Notes: generated by a model not told the origin, from the sequence alone. A DNA stretch of 64,000 nt from Desulfurivibrio sp. (GCA_003605035.1 QZKJ01000078.1:163-64162), one strand, 5' to 3'; positions 51,841 to 62,684 are shown, numbered from the stretch's first letter. Program-made: numbers and translations.

Positions 51841-53187
51841 CTACTGCAACAGCGGCATCATCAGCGTGGCCAGGCTGAGGAAAACGAAAAAGCCGCTGAC
51901 ATCGGTGGCTGCCGTGATGAAAACGCTGGAACCGAGGGCCGGATCAAGCTTTAAGGCCTTGAGAGCCAGCGGAATGGCGGAACCGATCAGACCGGCGATG
52001 ATGAGATTGCAGACCATGGCCAGCAGCATGATCAGCCCCAGCCACGGCTTATGAAAACCGAACATGGCAATGGCGCCGACCAGCAGGCCGATTAAGGCGC
52101 CATTGAGCAGGCCCACCCCTGCCTCCCGCATGATGACCTTGCGGCCGAAACCCAGCGGCACCTTGCCCAGGGCGATGCCGCGCACGGTGACCGCCAGGGT
52201 CTGGGTGCCGGCGTTGCCGCCGAGACCGGCGATGATCGGCATGAGGGCGGCCAGAATGACGTAATGGGAGATGGTATCCTGAAAACGGCTGACCGTATAC
52301 GATGAGAGCATGGCGGTGGCAAGATTCAAGGTCAGCCACGGGCTGCGCAGGCGGATACTCTGCAGAATGGAGGTATTTTCATATTCCTCCGAGTCGGTGC
52401 TGGCCATGCGCAGCATGTCCTCGGTGGCCTCTTCGGTGACCACGTCCAGGGCATCGTCATGGGTGATGATGCCGACCAGGGCGGCCCCGCCGTTGACCAC
52501 GGGCAGGGCGATCAGATCATACTTGGCGATCAGTTCCGCCGCCTTTTCGCGGGGATCAACGGCGCGGACGTAAATCACCTCAGCCTTCATGATGTCCCCC
52601 ACATAGGCGGACGGTTTGGACAGAATGAGTTTGCGCAGGGAGACAAAGCCGAGCAGCCGTCTGCCTTCTCCGATGACATAGGCGTAATAGATGGTCTCCT
52701 TGCCGGGCCATTGGCGGCGGAGCTTTGCCAGGGCCTCGGTTGCGGTGATATCGGGGGTCAGGGTGACATATTCCGAGGTCATGACCGAACCGGCCATGTT
52801 TTCCTCATAGGAACTGAGTTTGCGGATATCCTCCCGCTCAGCCTTGGCCAGCAGGGGGAACACCGACTCCTTGGCCTCATCCGGCAGACGCTTGAACAGA
52901 TCGACCCGCTCGTCGGCCGACATCTCGGTGAGCAGGTCGGCCAGCTCGTCTCTGTTGATATTCTCGGTAAGATAGACCTGAAAATCGAGATTGAAGTAGC
53001 CGAATACCGCAGCCCGCTTCCACGGCCGCATCAGGGAAAGCAACTCCCAGACAGCCTGGGGGGACTCGCCGGTCAGCATCTCGGCAAGGGTAGCCTCGGG
53101 AAGCTCACTGCAGAGATCGCGGCGGGCTTCGGCCTCGCCGCTGAGAAGAAGGATGCGCAGATCCTGCGCGTATTCAGGAGTGGTCAT
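51841..53187 (-). CDS. mgtE: magnesium transporter MgtE
   Basis: 448 aa with an N domain, tandem CBS domains, and a C-terminal 5-TM MgtE domain (PIIAGLGGNAGTQ...ATDVSGF). Confidence 0.95.
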   Translation of the reverse strand: MTTPEYAQDLRILLLSGEAEARRDLCSELPEATLAEMLTGESPQAVWELLSLMRPWKRAAVFGYFNLDFQVYLTENINRDELADLLTEMSADERVDLFKRLPDEAKESVFPLLAKAEREDIRKLSSYEENMAGSVMTSEYVTLTPDITATEALAKLRRQWPGKETIYYAYVIGEGRRLLGFVSLRKLILSKPSAYVGDIMKAEVIYVRAVDPREKAAELIAKYDLIALPVVNGGAALVGIITHDDALDVVTEEATEDMLRMASTDSEEYENTSILQSIRLRSPWLTLNLATAMLSSYTVSRFQDTISHYVILAALMPIIAGLGGNAGTQTLAVTVRGIALGKVPLGFGRKVIMREAGVGLLNGALIGLLVGAIAMFGFHKPWLGLIMLLAMVCNLIIAGLIGSAIPLALKALKLDPALGSSVFITAATDVSGFFVFLSLATLMMPLLQ

Positions 53188-53621
53188 TGTTCACCTCCAG
53201 TCTGGACAGCAACAAAAAGACTGACTGGAGGAGGAGCGGGTAAAAACGAGCGGGTCAGGGAATCATGCTTGAGACCCCGCCACCTTTCGCATGCCGCCAC
53301 TGCAGTCGGTCAGCTTCCGGGCTTGCTGCCAGCAATTTATGCCTACCAGGGCTAGGGTCGTCCATTGAGAAACCTTTTTACACATTTAAAAAAAAATCCA
53401 GGAAGGGGCTGGCCTGAGCGGCACTCCATGTCCTGGGTTTCATCGCACGCAAAAACGTGGTCATTATAGCTCGTAAGATCAGAATGTCAAAAGAATTTTA
53501 ACCGGAAAATAATCAACAATACGTGGAGGCGATCCCCCGTGCACAGGCCGATTTCAGCCGTTATGCCCGCAAACGCCGTAAGTGCCGGCCGTGCGCAAAA
53601 AAACGTGAGGCGCGCTTAAGC

Positions 53622-55316
53622 TTATTGCCCGCCGAAATGATAAGCGATCAGTTTTTTTGAGGGTTTCTGCCAGGCAAAAGATTCTTCCGCCAAACCCGGC
53701 TGCAGACCGGCAAGCTGCGGCAGAGTTGCGACCAGCGATTCCATGGTCTTGCGCCTGATCACCAGAATATACTCATCCCGGCTCTTTTCCATGAAATCCC
53801 GCAGCTGCTCAGGATTTTCGATGAGCGTGGCCGGCCGTGGCAGACCAAGATAAAACAGCACGTTCGGTTCGGGTTTCTCGTAAAAGACGAGACGCTCAGG
53901 CGGCAGATCGCCCAGCCTGCTTTTCAGCTGCAGGGCAAAGGGGCGCTCGGTGCGGTAGATTTCCAGGGGCCTGGTTTGCCAGCAGAAATAACCGCCGAGA
54001 ATGATGGAGACCGCCACCAGCAGCCCGCCGATGCCTGCCGGGGTTCCGGTCAGGCGGGCCAGCCAGTCCGGCCTCCGCCAGTCAAGCAGCAACACGCCAA
54101 GCGTGGCTGTGCCGGTGAGCAGGGTGGCCAGCGGCAGACCGGCAGGAACAACAAACCCGGTTTTCTCCGCAACCAGCGGCAGGAGCAGCGGGCTGGCAAG
54201 TTCGAGCAGGGCCAGCAGGTAGATCAGCAGCTGCTGCAGCCAGCGCAGCAGACGACCGATGGCCTGACTGGACAGGGCCCCGCAGCCGCCGGCATTGCCG
54301 ACATAAACGGCCAGCCAGAGAGCGATAAACGGTACAATGGGCAGGATATAGTAGCTGCGGCGGGAGCCGGAGGCGCTGAAGAAAAGAAAGATCATGGCCA
54401 CGGCCTTGATCAGCCAGCGGGTCTGGCTATCCAGCTGCCGCCAGCGGGGCAGCCCGGCAAGCAGGGCCCCGGCGAACAGGGGTACCCACGGCAGCAGCAG
54501 AATGGGCACCTCGTAAAAATAGATATAAAAGGGCTCCACATGATCAATGGGGTCGAAGTAACGCTGGATGTTCTCCTGGAAAACCAGGGCCAGGCCGCTT
54601 GACTGGTAATCCGGCCTGGTCATGGAGGCATAGAAAAACGGCGCCAGGTAACAGAGACTGCCAAGAAGCAGGGCAAGAACATGGGAAAAGCTCAGATAGC
54701 TCCGCCAACGCCTCTCGCGCACCACATCGGGCAGCAAAGCGGCAATGGGCACCACCACGGCGGTCAACCCCTTCAGCTGGGCGCCGATGAAGAGGATCAG
54801 ATAAAAAACCAGAAAAGAGAGGAAATTCGGCCGGTCGCGCCAGGCCCAGTACCAGGCCACGGCCAGCAGGATGACGGCAAGATTTTCCACATCGGCGACA
54901 CCGGTGCGGGACCAGAACAGGATGCTGTAGGTGCTCAGCAGAAACCAGCCGGCGGTCAGGCCAACCTGACGGGACCATAATTTCAGGCCCAGCCAGACCG
55001 TGATCGCCACGGCAACCAGCAGCGAGAGGGCGCTGGGGAGGCGGACGGCCCATTCATTGAGCTGGCCGGTGACCAGGGAGGCGGCGGCCACCAGCCAGTA
55101 GGTCAGCAGCGGCTTGTCAAAATAGGGCTGGCCGTTGATGTTGGGGTGGAAGAAATCCCCGCTCTGCAGCATCTCACGGGTCACCTCGGCCCAGCGCCCC
55201 TCGGAAGCCCACAGCCCCCGATACCCCAGGGACCACAGCGACAGCAGCACTGCCGCCAGGCCCAGCACAATATATGCGCCATAGCCAGCTTGTTTTTTCT
55301 GCATGACATCATCCAT
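53622..55316 (-). CDS. GT39/ArnT-like membrane glycosyltransferase (GT-C fold)
   Basis: GLWASEGRWAEVTREMLQSGDFFHPNINGQPYFDKPLLTYW is the typical ArnT/PMT N-terminal loop. More than 10 TM segments. ATG 55316 was chosen over the upstream track start. Confidence 0.78.
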   Translation of the reverse strand: MDDVMQKKQAGYGAYIVLGLAAVLLSLWSLGYRGLWASEGRWAEVTREMLQSGDFFHPNINGQPYFDKPLLTYWLVAAASLVTGQLNEWAVRLPSALSLLVAVAITVWLGLKLWSRQVGLTAGWFLLSTYSILFWSRTGVADVENLAVILLAVAWYWAWRDRPNFLSFLVFYLILFIGAQLKGLTAVVVPIAALLPDVVRERRWRSYLSFSHVLALLLGSLCYLAPFFYASMTRPDYQSSGLALVFQENIQRYFDPIDHVEPFYIYFYEVPILLLPWVPLFAGALLAGLPRWRQLDSQTRWLIKAVAMIFLFFSASGSRRSYYILPIVPFIALWLAVYVGNAGGCGALSSQAIGRLLRWLQQLLIYLLALLELASPLLLPLVAEKTGFVVPAGLPLATLLTGTATLGVLLLDWRRPDWLARLTGTPAGIGGLLVAVSIILGGYFCWQTRPLEIYRTERPFALQLKSRLGDLPPERLVFYEKPEPNVLFYLGLPRPATLIENPEQLRDFMEKSRDEYILVIRRKTMESLVATLPQLAGLQPGLAEESFAWQKPSKKLIAYHFGGQ

Positions 55317-55457
55317 ATCGATCTCTTCTCCCACAGCGAAAACCGGCCAGCCTGAGCGCGGAACTGCCATCAGCGCTGGTGGCCGGCGAAAATAACATAC
55401 AAATTCCGCAAACACAAGCAAACATCGGAGCCGGCTTGCCGGCAGGCAAGCCGCCGG

Positions 55458-56498
55458 TTACCTGACATTTTCGTAAAAACAGGTCCTGCCGCAGTAATTG
55501 GTAAAGACCAGCCGGTCGCCATCCTCGCTTACATAATCCGGCAGCAGGGGGATTTTGCCCCCGCCGCCCGGCGCATCCAGGGCATACATCGGCACCGCCA
55601 GCCCCGAGGTGAAGCCGATCAGGGAGCGCATGATCTGCCGGCCGGTGGCAATGGAGGTGCGGAAATGATTGGTGCCGCGGGTCATGTCCCCCTGGAACAG
55701 ATAATAGGGCCGCACCCTGATGCGCAGCAGCCGGTGCATGAGTTCCCGCATGGTTTGCGGGTCGTCGTTGATGCCGCGCAGCAGCACGGTCTGGCAGCTC
55801 AGCGGAATACCGGCGTCGGCCAGCCGGCCGCAGGCCCGCGCCGCCTCCGCGGTGATCTCCGCCGGATGGTTGAAATGGGTGTTGATGTACAGGGGATGAA
55901 ATTTCTTCAGCAGCCTGGCCAGCCTCAGCGTAACCCGCATGGGCAGGGTGCAGGGCACCCTGGTGCCGATGCGGATGATTTCCACCGAGGGGATGGCCCG
56001 CACCGCGGTCAGAATTTCCGCAAGCCGCTCATCGGCCAGCAGCAGCGGATCGCCGCCGGAGATCAGCACGTCCCTGATTTCCGGATGCGTTTTGATATAA
56101 TCAATACCCGCGGCAAGCGTCTCCCTGCTGATCACCATCCGTTCGGTGCCCACCTTGCGCTTGCGGGTGCAGAAACGGCAGTACATGGCACACTGGGAGC
56201 AGACCAGAAAGAGCACCCGGTCCGGATACTTGTGGATCAGATTGGGCACCGGGCTGAGATTTTCCTCATCCAGGGGGTCCGCCACGCAGACCTCGTCCTG
56301 CAGCTCTTCAGGCGAGGGTACCGCCTGTTTCCACAGGGGGTCGTCTTTCTCCCGGATGAGTCCCAGATAGTAGGGATTGATCCGCATGGGGAAGACCGCG
56401 GCCGCCCGGGCAATGCCATCGACATCCGGGGCGAAGTGTTCCGGAATATCGCCGGCCCTGGTGATGCTTTTTTTCAGTATTTCTTGCCATCCCGGCAT
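55458..56498 (-). CDS. KamA-family radical SAM aminomutase (lysine 2,3-aminomutase/EpmB-like)
   Basis: 346 aa. CAMYCRFCTRKR radical-SAM cluster motif, and HKYPDRVLFLV. The size is nearer EpmB than the long KamA/AblA forms. Confidence 0.85.
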   Translation of the reverse strand: MPGWQEILKKSITRAGDIPEHFAPDVDGIARAAAVFPMRINPYYLGLIREKDDPLWKQAVPSPEELQDEVCVADPLDEENLSPVPNLIHKYPDRVLFLVCSQCAMYCRFCTRKRKVGTERMVISRETLAAGIDYIKTHPEIRDVLISGGDPLLLADERLAEILTAVRAIPSVEIIRIGTRVPCTLPMRVTLRLARLLKKFHPLYINTHFNHPAEITAEAARACGRLADAGIPLSCQTVLLRGINDDPQTMRELMHRLLRIRVRPYYLFQGDMTRGTNHFRTSIATGRQIMRSLIGFTSGLAVPMYALDAPGGGGKIPLLPDYVSEDGDRLVFTNYCGRTCFYENVR

Positions 56499-56587
56499 GG
56501 ACAGGTTCCCTTCATTCCTGTTAAGATTGTCTCCAATACAACATCAGCAACGGAAAGCCACACTAGCATTTTTGCCGTGTCCATGAA

Positions 56588-57541
56588 ATGACAAAAAACA
56601 AAAAAACAGCAGGCTATCTCGCCCTGCAGCAGGCAGGCGAGCTGGGTAAACGAATCGAACAGCTTAGCACAATTCTTGCCGATTGTACACTCTGCCCGCG
56701 TCGCTGCCAGGTGAACAGGCCGGCCGGCGAGCTGGGTTTCTGCCGTACCGGCAAGGAGGCGGTGGTGGCGAGTTACTGCCCCCATTTCGGCGAGGAATCC
56801 TGTCTGGTAGGGGTCAGCGGCTCCGGGACGATTTTTTTTACCAACTGCAATCTTGGCTGCGTCTTCTGCCAGAATTACAGCATCAGCCACCAGGGTGAAG
56901 GGATCGAGGTGGACAGCGGCCAGCTGGCGGCCATCATGCTCAGCCTGCAGAAACAGGGCTGCCACAACATCAACCTGGTCACCCCCAGCCATGTGGTGCC
57001 GCAGATTGTCGCGGCCCTGCCCGCGGCCATTGACAAGGGGCTCACCCTGCCCCTGGTTTACAACAGCAGCGGCTACGACACGGTGGATACCCTGCGGCTG
57101 CTGGAAGGCATTGTCGACATCTACATGCCGGACTTCAAGTTCTGGAACAGCGAGTCAGCCAGACGTTTTGCCAATGCCCCTGATTACCCGGACAGGGCCA
57201 GAGAGGCCATCAGCGAAATGCACCGGCAGGTCGGCAATCTCCAGCTGGATGACCAGGGCCTTGCCGTCAGGGGTCTACTGGTCCGCCATCTGGTCATGCC
57301 CGGCGGCCTTGCCGAAACGGCGGAAATCATGCATTTCCTGGCAAAACTCTCCAGCCAGACCTTTGTCAATGTCATGGAACAGTACCGCCCCCTGTACAAG
57401 GTAAACAAATACCCGCCCATCGACAAGCCGCTGGCCCATGCCGAGTACGCGCAGGCCGTCAGCCTGGCATGCCAGGCCGGGCTCACAAGACTTGAACAGA
57501 ACGGCCTGCTCTATCTCCTGAAAAAAATGATGCCCCGCTGA
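56588..57541 (+). CDS. radical SAM protein, PflX-like (PFL-activase homolog, COG1313-like)
   Basis: 317 aa. CTLCPRRCQVNR N-terminal Cys motif plus CNLGCVFCQN (CxxxCxxC). Divergent from the KamA-family gene across an 89-bp spacer. Confidence 0.78.
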   Translation: MTKNKKTAGYLALQQAGELGKRIEQLSTILADCTLCPRRCQVNRPAGELGFCRTGKEAVVASYCPHFGEESCLVGVSGSGTIFFTNCNLGCVFCQNYSISHQGEGIEVDSGQLAAIMLSLQKQGCHNINLVTPSHVVPQIVAALPAAIDKGLTLPLVYNSSGYDTVDTLRLLEGIVDIYMPDFKFWNSESARRFANAPDYPDRAREAISEMHRQVGNLQLDDQGLAVRGLLVRHLVMPGGLAETAEIMHFLAKLSSQTFVNVMEQYRPLYKVNKYPPIDKPLAHAEYAQAVSLACQAGLTRLEQNGLLYLLKKMMPR

Positions 57542-57823
57542 AGGGCCCGCACGTCTTCCACCTGCGTGCCACGGCTGCAACCCCTGCCGCTGCGGCCCTT
57601 TGCCTTACTCATAAATTTTGTCAAAAATATTGCCAGGAATCCCTGTAATTTTATATAACAATTCCGGCACAGACTGCACAACCCTGTTTCATCGCCTTGC
57701 AGGCTCGCCAACAAAATAGGTAAATCTACTGGTTTTTTATGACCCGATGCTATATATAGTAAACTAACTCGTATTTCCAGCAGCCCTTAGCCGACCCCTT
57801 TTTTTTGATAACAACTTTCAGTC

Positions 57824-58471
57824 ATGACGCTCAGCCAGACATTACGGTCATCGGTAGGCCAGAAGATTCTCATGGCAGTCAGCGGGGCAATACTCAGCCT
57901 GTTCCTGGTGGCCCACGGCATAGGCAACTCCATGACATTCTTCGGCAGCGAAGCCTTCAACTCCTATGCCGAAAAACTGCATTCCCTCGGCTTCCTGGTC
58001 CCCCTGTTTGAGCTCGGCCTGCTTGCCGCTTTTCTGCTGCACATTTTTCTCGGCCTCACCCTTTTTCTGCAGAACAATCAGGCCAGACCCGTCCGCTACC
58101 AGGTGGAAAAATCCTCCGGCGGCCGCACCCCGGGCTCACGCACCATGCCCTATACCGGGGTGGTTATCCTGATCTTTCTGGCGGTGCACCTGGTGAACTT
58201 TCACTTCACGGATCGCGCCATTCCCATTTCTGAAATTGTCAGAAACGTACTGCGCCAGCCTCTCTACGCGCTGTTCTATATCTCCGCCATGGCTGTACTC
58301 GCCCTGCATATCAGCCACGGCTTCTGGAGCCTGTTCCAGAGCCTGGGCATCAACCATCCGAAATATAATGCAGCGCTGCGCCACGGCAGCCTGGGGGCGG
58401 CAGTGGTGCTCTCCGCCGTCTTCATGTTCATTCCGCTCTGCACCTTGCTGATCAAAGAGTTTCTGCGCTAA
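57824..58471 (+). CDS. sdhC: succinate dehydrogenase/fumarate reductase cytochrome b subunit (type B, 5-TM)
   Basis: 215 aa. Conserved His-containing TM helices. Immediately upstream of sdhA/B. Confidence 0.85.
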   Translation: MTLSQTLRSSVGQKILMAVSGAILSLFLVAHGIGNSMTFFGSEAFNSYAEKLHSLGFLVPLFELGLLAAFLLHIFLGLTLFLQNNQARPVRYQVEKSSGGRTPGSRTMPYTGVVILIFLAVHLVNFHFTDRAIPISEIVRNVLRQPLYALFYISAMAVLALHISHGFWSLFQSLGINHPKYNAALRHGSLGAAVVLSAVFMFIPLCTLLIKEFLR

Positions 58472-58484
58472 AGGGTGAGACCAG

Positions 58485-60398
58485 ATGACACTTGATGCCA
58501 GAATACCGGACGGCCCCCTGGCGGAAAAATGGGACAGACACCGTTTTGCCGGCAGGCTGATCAATCCGGCCAACAAGAGAAAGTACAGCATTATTGTGGT
58601 CGGCTCCGGTCTGGCCGGCGCTTCCGCCGCCGCCACCCTGGCCGAACTCGGCTACCGGGTGCGGGTTTTCACCATGCATGACAGCCCCCGCCGGGCCCAC
58701 AGCATCGCGGCCCAGGGCGGCATCAATGCCGCCAAGAACTACCAGAACGACGGCGACAGCATCTTCCGTCTCTTCTATGACACCATCAAGGGCGGCGACT
58801 TCCGGGCCCGGGAGGCCAATGTCTACCGGCTGGCCCAGCTCAGCAACAACATCATTGATCAATGCGTGGCCCAGGGGGTGCCTTTTGCCAGGGAATACGG
58901 CGGTTCGCTGGCCAACCGCTCCTTCGGCGGGGCCCAGGTCTCCCGCACCTTCTACGCCAGAGGGCAGACCGGCCAGCAACTTCTCCTTGGCGCTTACGGC
59001 GCCCTGATGCGCCAGGTGCAGCTGGGCAAGGTGAGCATCCACAGCCGCCAGGAGATGATGGATCTGGCGGTGGAGGACGGCAGGGCAAAAGGCATTGTCA
59101 CCCGGGACATGCGGACCGGCGCCATCGCCTCCCATGCGGCCCATGCCGTGGTGCTGGCCACCGGCGGCTACGGCAACGTCTACTATCTTTCCACCAACGC
59201 CATGGCCTCCAACGTCACCGCGGTCTGGCGAGCCTATAAGCGGGGGGCGTTTTTCGCCAATCCCTGTTTCGTGCAGATCCACCCCACCTGCATCCCGGTG
59301 CATGGCGACTACCAGTCCAAGCTGACCCTGATGAGCGAAAGCCTGCGCAACGACGGCCGGGTCTGGGTGCCGAAAAAATCAGGAGACAAAAGACCGGCCG
59401 GCGAGATCCCGGAAGCGGAGCGCGATTACTACCTGGAGAACAGATACCCCGCTTTCGGCAATCTGGTGCCGCGGGACGTGGCCTCCCGCAATGCCAAGGA
59501 GGTGTGCGACCGCGGCCGGGGGGTGGGCGAGACCGGCCTGGCCGTCTATCTGGACTTTGCCGATGCCGTCAGACGGGACGGCATGGAGACCATTTACCGC
59601 AAGTACGGCAACCTCTTCCAGATGTATGAAAAGATCACGGCCCGGAACCCGCTCAAACAGCCCATGATGATCTACCCTGCCGTACACTATACCATGGGCG
59701 GCCTGTGGGTTGATTATGATCTGATGAGCACCGTCCCCGGCCTCTTTGTGCTCGGTGAAGCGAATTTTTCCGACCACGGCGCCAATCGTCTCGGGGCAAG
59801 CGCGCTGATGCAGGGGCTGGCCGACGGTTACTTCATCCTGCCCAACACCATCGGCACGTATCTCTCCTGCTGCGCGCCCGGTGAACCGGACGGATCGGCC
59901 AGCCTCTTTGCCGATACCGAAAAAGAGGTCGAGGCACACCTGGCCAGACTGCTGGCAGTGCAGGGGAAACGGACCGTGGACGATATCCACCGGGAACTCG
60001 GCAGGCTGCTGTGGGACCATTGCGGCATGGCCCGCAATAGCGCCGGCCTGCAGCAGGCCCAGGCCCGCATCCCGCAGATCCGCGAGGAATTCTGGCACAA
60101 TGTGCTGATCCCCGGCAGCGGCCGACAGCTCAATCAGTCCCTGGAGCGGGCGGGCAGACTGGCTGATTTTCTTGAATTTGCCGAACTGCTGGTCATGGAC
60201 GCCCTGCACCGGCAGGAATCCTGCGGCTGCCATCTGCGGGAGGAAAGCCAGACCGAAGAACACGAGGCCAGGCGGGATGATGAAAGGTATGCCTATGTGG
60301 CCGCCTGGCAGTACCGGGGTACAACTGAGAGGCCCATGCTGCACCAGGAACCGCTCACCTTTGAGAATGTCACGCCCAGCCAGCGCAGTTATAAATAG
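58485..60398 (+). CDS. sdhA: succinate dehydrogenase/fumarate reductase flavoprotein subunit
   Basis: 637 aa. [15 protein letters not shown] motif, [12 protein letters not shown] (covalent FAD His), and HYTMGG. Confidence 0.95.
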   Translation: MTLDARIPDGPLAEKWDRHRFAGRLINPANKRKYSIIVVGSGLAGASAAATLAELGYRVRVFTMHDSPRRAHSIAAQGGINAAKNYQNDGDSIFRLFYDTIKGGDFRAREANVYRLAQLSNNIIDQCVAQGVPFAREYGGSLANRSFGGAQVSRTFYARGQTGQQLLLGAYGALMRQVQLGKVSIHSRQEMMDLAVEDGRAKGIVTRDMRTGAIASHAAHAVVLATGGYGNVYYLSTNAMASNVTAVWRAYKRGAFFANPCFVQIHPTCIPVHGDYQSKLTLMSESLRNDGRVWVPKKSGDKRPAGEIPEAERDYYLENRYPAFGNLVPRDVASRNAKEVCDRGRGVGETGLAVYLDFADAVRRDGMETIYRKYGNLFQMYEKITARNPLKQPMMIYPAVHYTMGGLWVDYDLMSTVPGLFVLGEANFSDHGANRLGASALMQGLADGYFILPNTIGTYLSCCAPGEPDGSASLFADTEKEVEAHLARLLAVQGKRTVDDIHRELGRLLWDHCGMARNSAGLQQAQARIPQIREEFWHNVLIPGSGRQLNQSLERAGRLADFLEFAELLVMDALHRQESCGCHLREESQTEEHEARRDDERYAYVAAWQYRGTTERPMLHQEPLTFENVTPSQRSYK

Positions 60399-61154
60399 AT
60401 GCAGAGCAGAAAAATAAACATAAGCCTGGAAATCTGGCGGCAGGAAAACCCGGAGGCCCCGGGAAGCTTTCAACGTTACAGCCTTGCCGGCCTGTCAGCC
60501 GACATGTCTTTTCTGGAGATGCTTGATGTGCTCAATGAAAGGCTGACCCTGGAAGGACAGGAACCGGTGGCCTTTGACCATGACTGCCGGGAGGGGATCT
60601 GCGGCATGTGCGGGGCGGTGGTCAACGGCCAGCCCCACGGGCCGGAACCGGGCACCACCCTCTGCCAGCTGCACCTGCGCCACTTCAAAGACGGCGATCA
60701 TCTGGTGATCGAACCGTTCCGCGCCAGGGCCTTCCGCATCGAAAAGGACCTGGTGGTGGACCGTAGCAGCCTGGATCAGATCATCCAGGCCGGCGGCTAT
60801 GTCTCGGTCAACACCGGAGGGGCGCCGGACGCCAACACCATTGCCATCCCCCAGCAGACCGCGGAACAGGCCATGGACGCCGCCGCCTGCATCGGTTGCG
60901 GCGCCTGCGTGGCGGCCTGCCCCAATGCCTCTGCCATGCTCTTTGTCAGCGCCAGGGTTTCCCAGCTGGCCCTGCTGCCCCAGGGACAGCCGGAACGCAG
61001 GCTGCGGGCCCTGAACATGGTCGGCAGCATGGACGAACTCGGTTTCGGCAACTGCAGCAACGAGCGGGAATGCGAGGCCGCCTGCCCGAAAGGCATATCC
61101 ATCCGGCATATTGCCCGGTTGAACAGAGAATTTCTCAAGGCGGCCCTTTTTTAA
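60399..61154 (+). CDS. sdhB: succinate dehydrogenase/fumarate reductase iron-sulfur subunit
   Basis: 251 aa. [10 protein letters not shown] (2Fe-2S), [12 protein letters not shown] (4Fe-4S), and [10 protein letters not shown]. Confidence 0.95.
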   Translation: MQSRKINISLEIWRQENPEAPGSFQRYSLAGLSADMSFLEMLDVLNERLTLEGQEPVAFDHDCREGICGMCGAVVNGQPHGPEPGTTLCQLHLRHFKDGDHLVIEPFRARAFRIEKDLVVDRSSLDQIIQAGGYVSVNTGGAPDANTIAIPQQTAEQAMDAAACIGCGACVAACPNASAMLFVSARVSQLALLPQGQPERRLRALNMVGSMDELGFGNCSNERECEAACPKGISIRHIARLNREFLKAALF

Positions 61155-61217
61155 TCAGCAGACAGGAGACCGAAAGGAACCCTTACCGCATTTACTTAAC
61201 GCGCATAACTGAGAACC

Positions 61218-62189
61218 ATGAAGAATCTTTTCCTGAAATACCTGGCCAGAACAGGCGCCCTGCTGGCGCTTTTCCTGACTTGCTGCCCTGCCGCCCTGGC
61301 CGGGGACATCTATATTTTCGGCGGCGGCCCGGCCGGCGGCACCTTCCAGTTCATGGCCGCCGGCATCGCCGCCTACGAGACGGTCAGACAGATCCCGGAT
61401 TTCAAGGTGCAGGCCAGGGCCTCGGCCGGCTCGGTGGAAAATCTGCACAAGGTCCATGCAGGCGCCTATGCCATGGCCGTGGTCTACTCCGGCGAGCTGT
61501 ACATGGGACGCAACGGCCTGCTGAAAGACGACCCGAATCGCTATGAAAATGTGCTGGCGGTCGGCTACTTCTATGGCGCTCCGGCCCAGCTCATTGTCCG
61601 CAAGGATTCGGGGATAACCAGACTCAGCCAGCTTGCCGGCCTCGATGTGGGGGTAGGCAATCAGGGCTCCGGCGCCTACGCCAACTGTGAACGTCTCTTC
61701 AGCCACCTGGGCCTGTGGAACGCTATCCACCGACACCCCATGGGCTATAACGATGCGGCATTCTCCTTCGGCCACAAGCAGCTCGACGCCTTCTGGCTGT
61801 TTGTCGGTTTTCCCAGCGACGCGGCGGTCATGGCCGCCGACAACAACGACATTGATCTGGTCGATCTCTACCAGACCGCGGAGACCAACGGCTTTTTCAA
61901 GAAATACCCGTTTTTCTCCAAGGTCGTCATCCCGGCCGGCACTTACCGGGGGGTGAACCGGGATGTTGAATCATACCAGGATTCCGCGCTGTGGGTAGCC
62001 AACCGGGACGTACCGGCGGAGGTTGTCTATACCCTGCTCTCCCTGATCTATACCGATGAGGGACTGGCCTACATGCGCAGCCTGAAAAAGACCGCGGGGG
62101 CAATGTCCGTCAAGGACGGCATCAAGGGCATCGTCACCCCTCTCCATCCCGGCGCCATCAGATTCTGGCAGGAAAAAGGCATCCTGTAA
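61218..62189 (+). CDS. TAXI-family TRAP transporter solute receptor
   Basis: 323 aa with a signal peptide. GGGPAGGTFQFMAAGIA..., ...SAGSVENL and ...HPGAIRFWQEKG match the TAXI (TIGR02122-like) pattern. There is no adjacent permease in the window. Confidence 0.8.
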   Translation: MKNLFLKYLARTGALLALFLTCCPAALAGDIYIFGGGPAGGTFQFMAAGIAAYETVRQIPDFKVQARASAGSVENLHKVHAGAYAMAVVYSGELYMGRNGLLKDDPNRYENVLAVGYFYGAPAQLIVRKDSGITRLSQLAGLDVGVGNQGSGAYANCERLFSHLGLWNAIHRHPMGYNDAAFSFGHKQLDAFWLFVGFPSDAAVMAADNNDIDLVDLYQTAETNGFFKKYPFFSKVVIPAGTYRGVNRDVESYQDSALWVANRDVPAEVVYTLLSLIYTDEGLAYMRSLKKTAGAMSVKDGIKGIVTPLHPGAIRFWQEKGIL

Positions 62190-62228
62190 GCCCGGCCCTG
62201 CCAGGCCGCCCTGCCTCCCCTTTCCCTG

Positions 62229-62684
62229 CTATTCCTCTTCCTGGTAAGTATTGACCACCAGCACCGGACAGGGAGCCATTTTGAGGACCTTTTCCGCTAC
62301 GCTGCCGAAAATCATCCGATCAAGCCCGGTAAAACCGTGGGTGCCGATGATAATCAGATCGATCTTTTCCCGCGCCGCAAAGTTGATGATTTCCCGGGCA
62401 GGATGACCGGTGAGTACGACGCTTTCATATTCCCCCGTGACATGTCCTCGATTTTCCTCGAAAAAATTTTTCATACTGCGCCGGGCGAAGGCCTCAACGT
62501 TCTCATCAAACGGATCGAGCCGGATTTCAACGGGAACCCCCGTATAACTGAAAGGGTCTTCCGCCACGAAAAGAAAAACCAGTCCCGCCGCAAATTTCTC
62601 GGCAAAGGCATTGGCATATTGCAGAAGCACGGTAGAAGCGCGGGACAAATCCACGGGCACCAGAATTCTTTTCACATCATCCAC
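62229..62684 (-). CDS. universal stress protein (UspA family)
   Basis: 151 aa. ILVPVDLS..., DLIIIGTHGFTGLDRMIFGSVAEKVLKMAPCPVLVV. Confidence 0.9.
   Translation of the reverse strand: MDDVKRILVPVDLSRASTVLLQYANAFAEKFAAGLVFLFVAEDPFSYTGVPVEIRLDPFDENVEAFARRSMKNFFEENRGHVTGEYESVVLTGHPAREIINFAAREKIDLIIIGTHGFTGLDRMIFGSVAEKVLKMAPCPVLVVNTYQEEE

Noticed and set aside
50432-53355. Plus-strand ORFs over trkH and mgtE (50432..51157, 50466..51284, 51281..51766, 52459..53355)
   Set aside because: Antisense to clearly recognisable TrkH and MgtE genes.
53188-53621. M-box (ykoK) Mg2+ riboswitch upstream of mgtE
   Set aside because: I could not find the conserved M-box strings on the minus strand. Only a generic SD-containing hairpin is present. 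cmscan is needed to be sure.
55665-56591. 308-aa plus-strand ORF
   Set aside because: Antisense to the KamA-family radical SAM gene, which has the CxxxCxxC motif.
58452-61775. Minus-strand ORFs 58452..59303, 59379..60473, 60495..61109, 61155..61775
   Set aside because: Antisense to the sdhA, sdhB and TAXI receptor genes, all of which have hallmark cofactor or family motifs.
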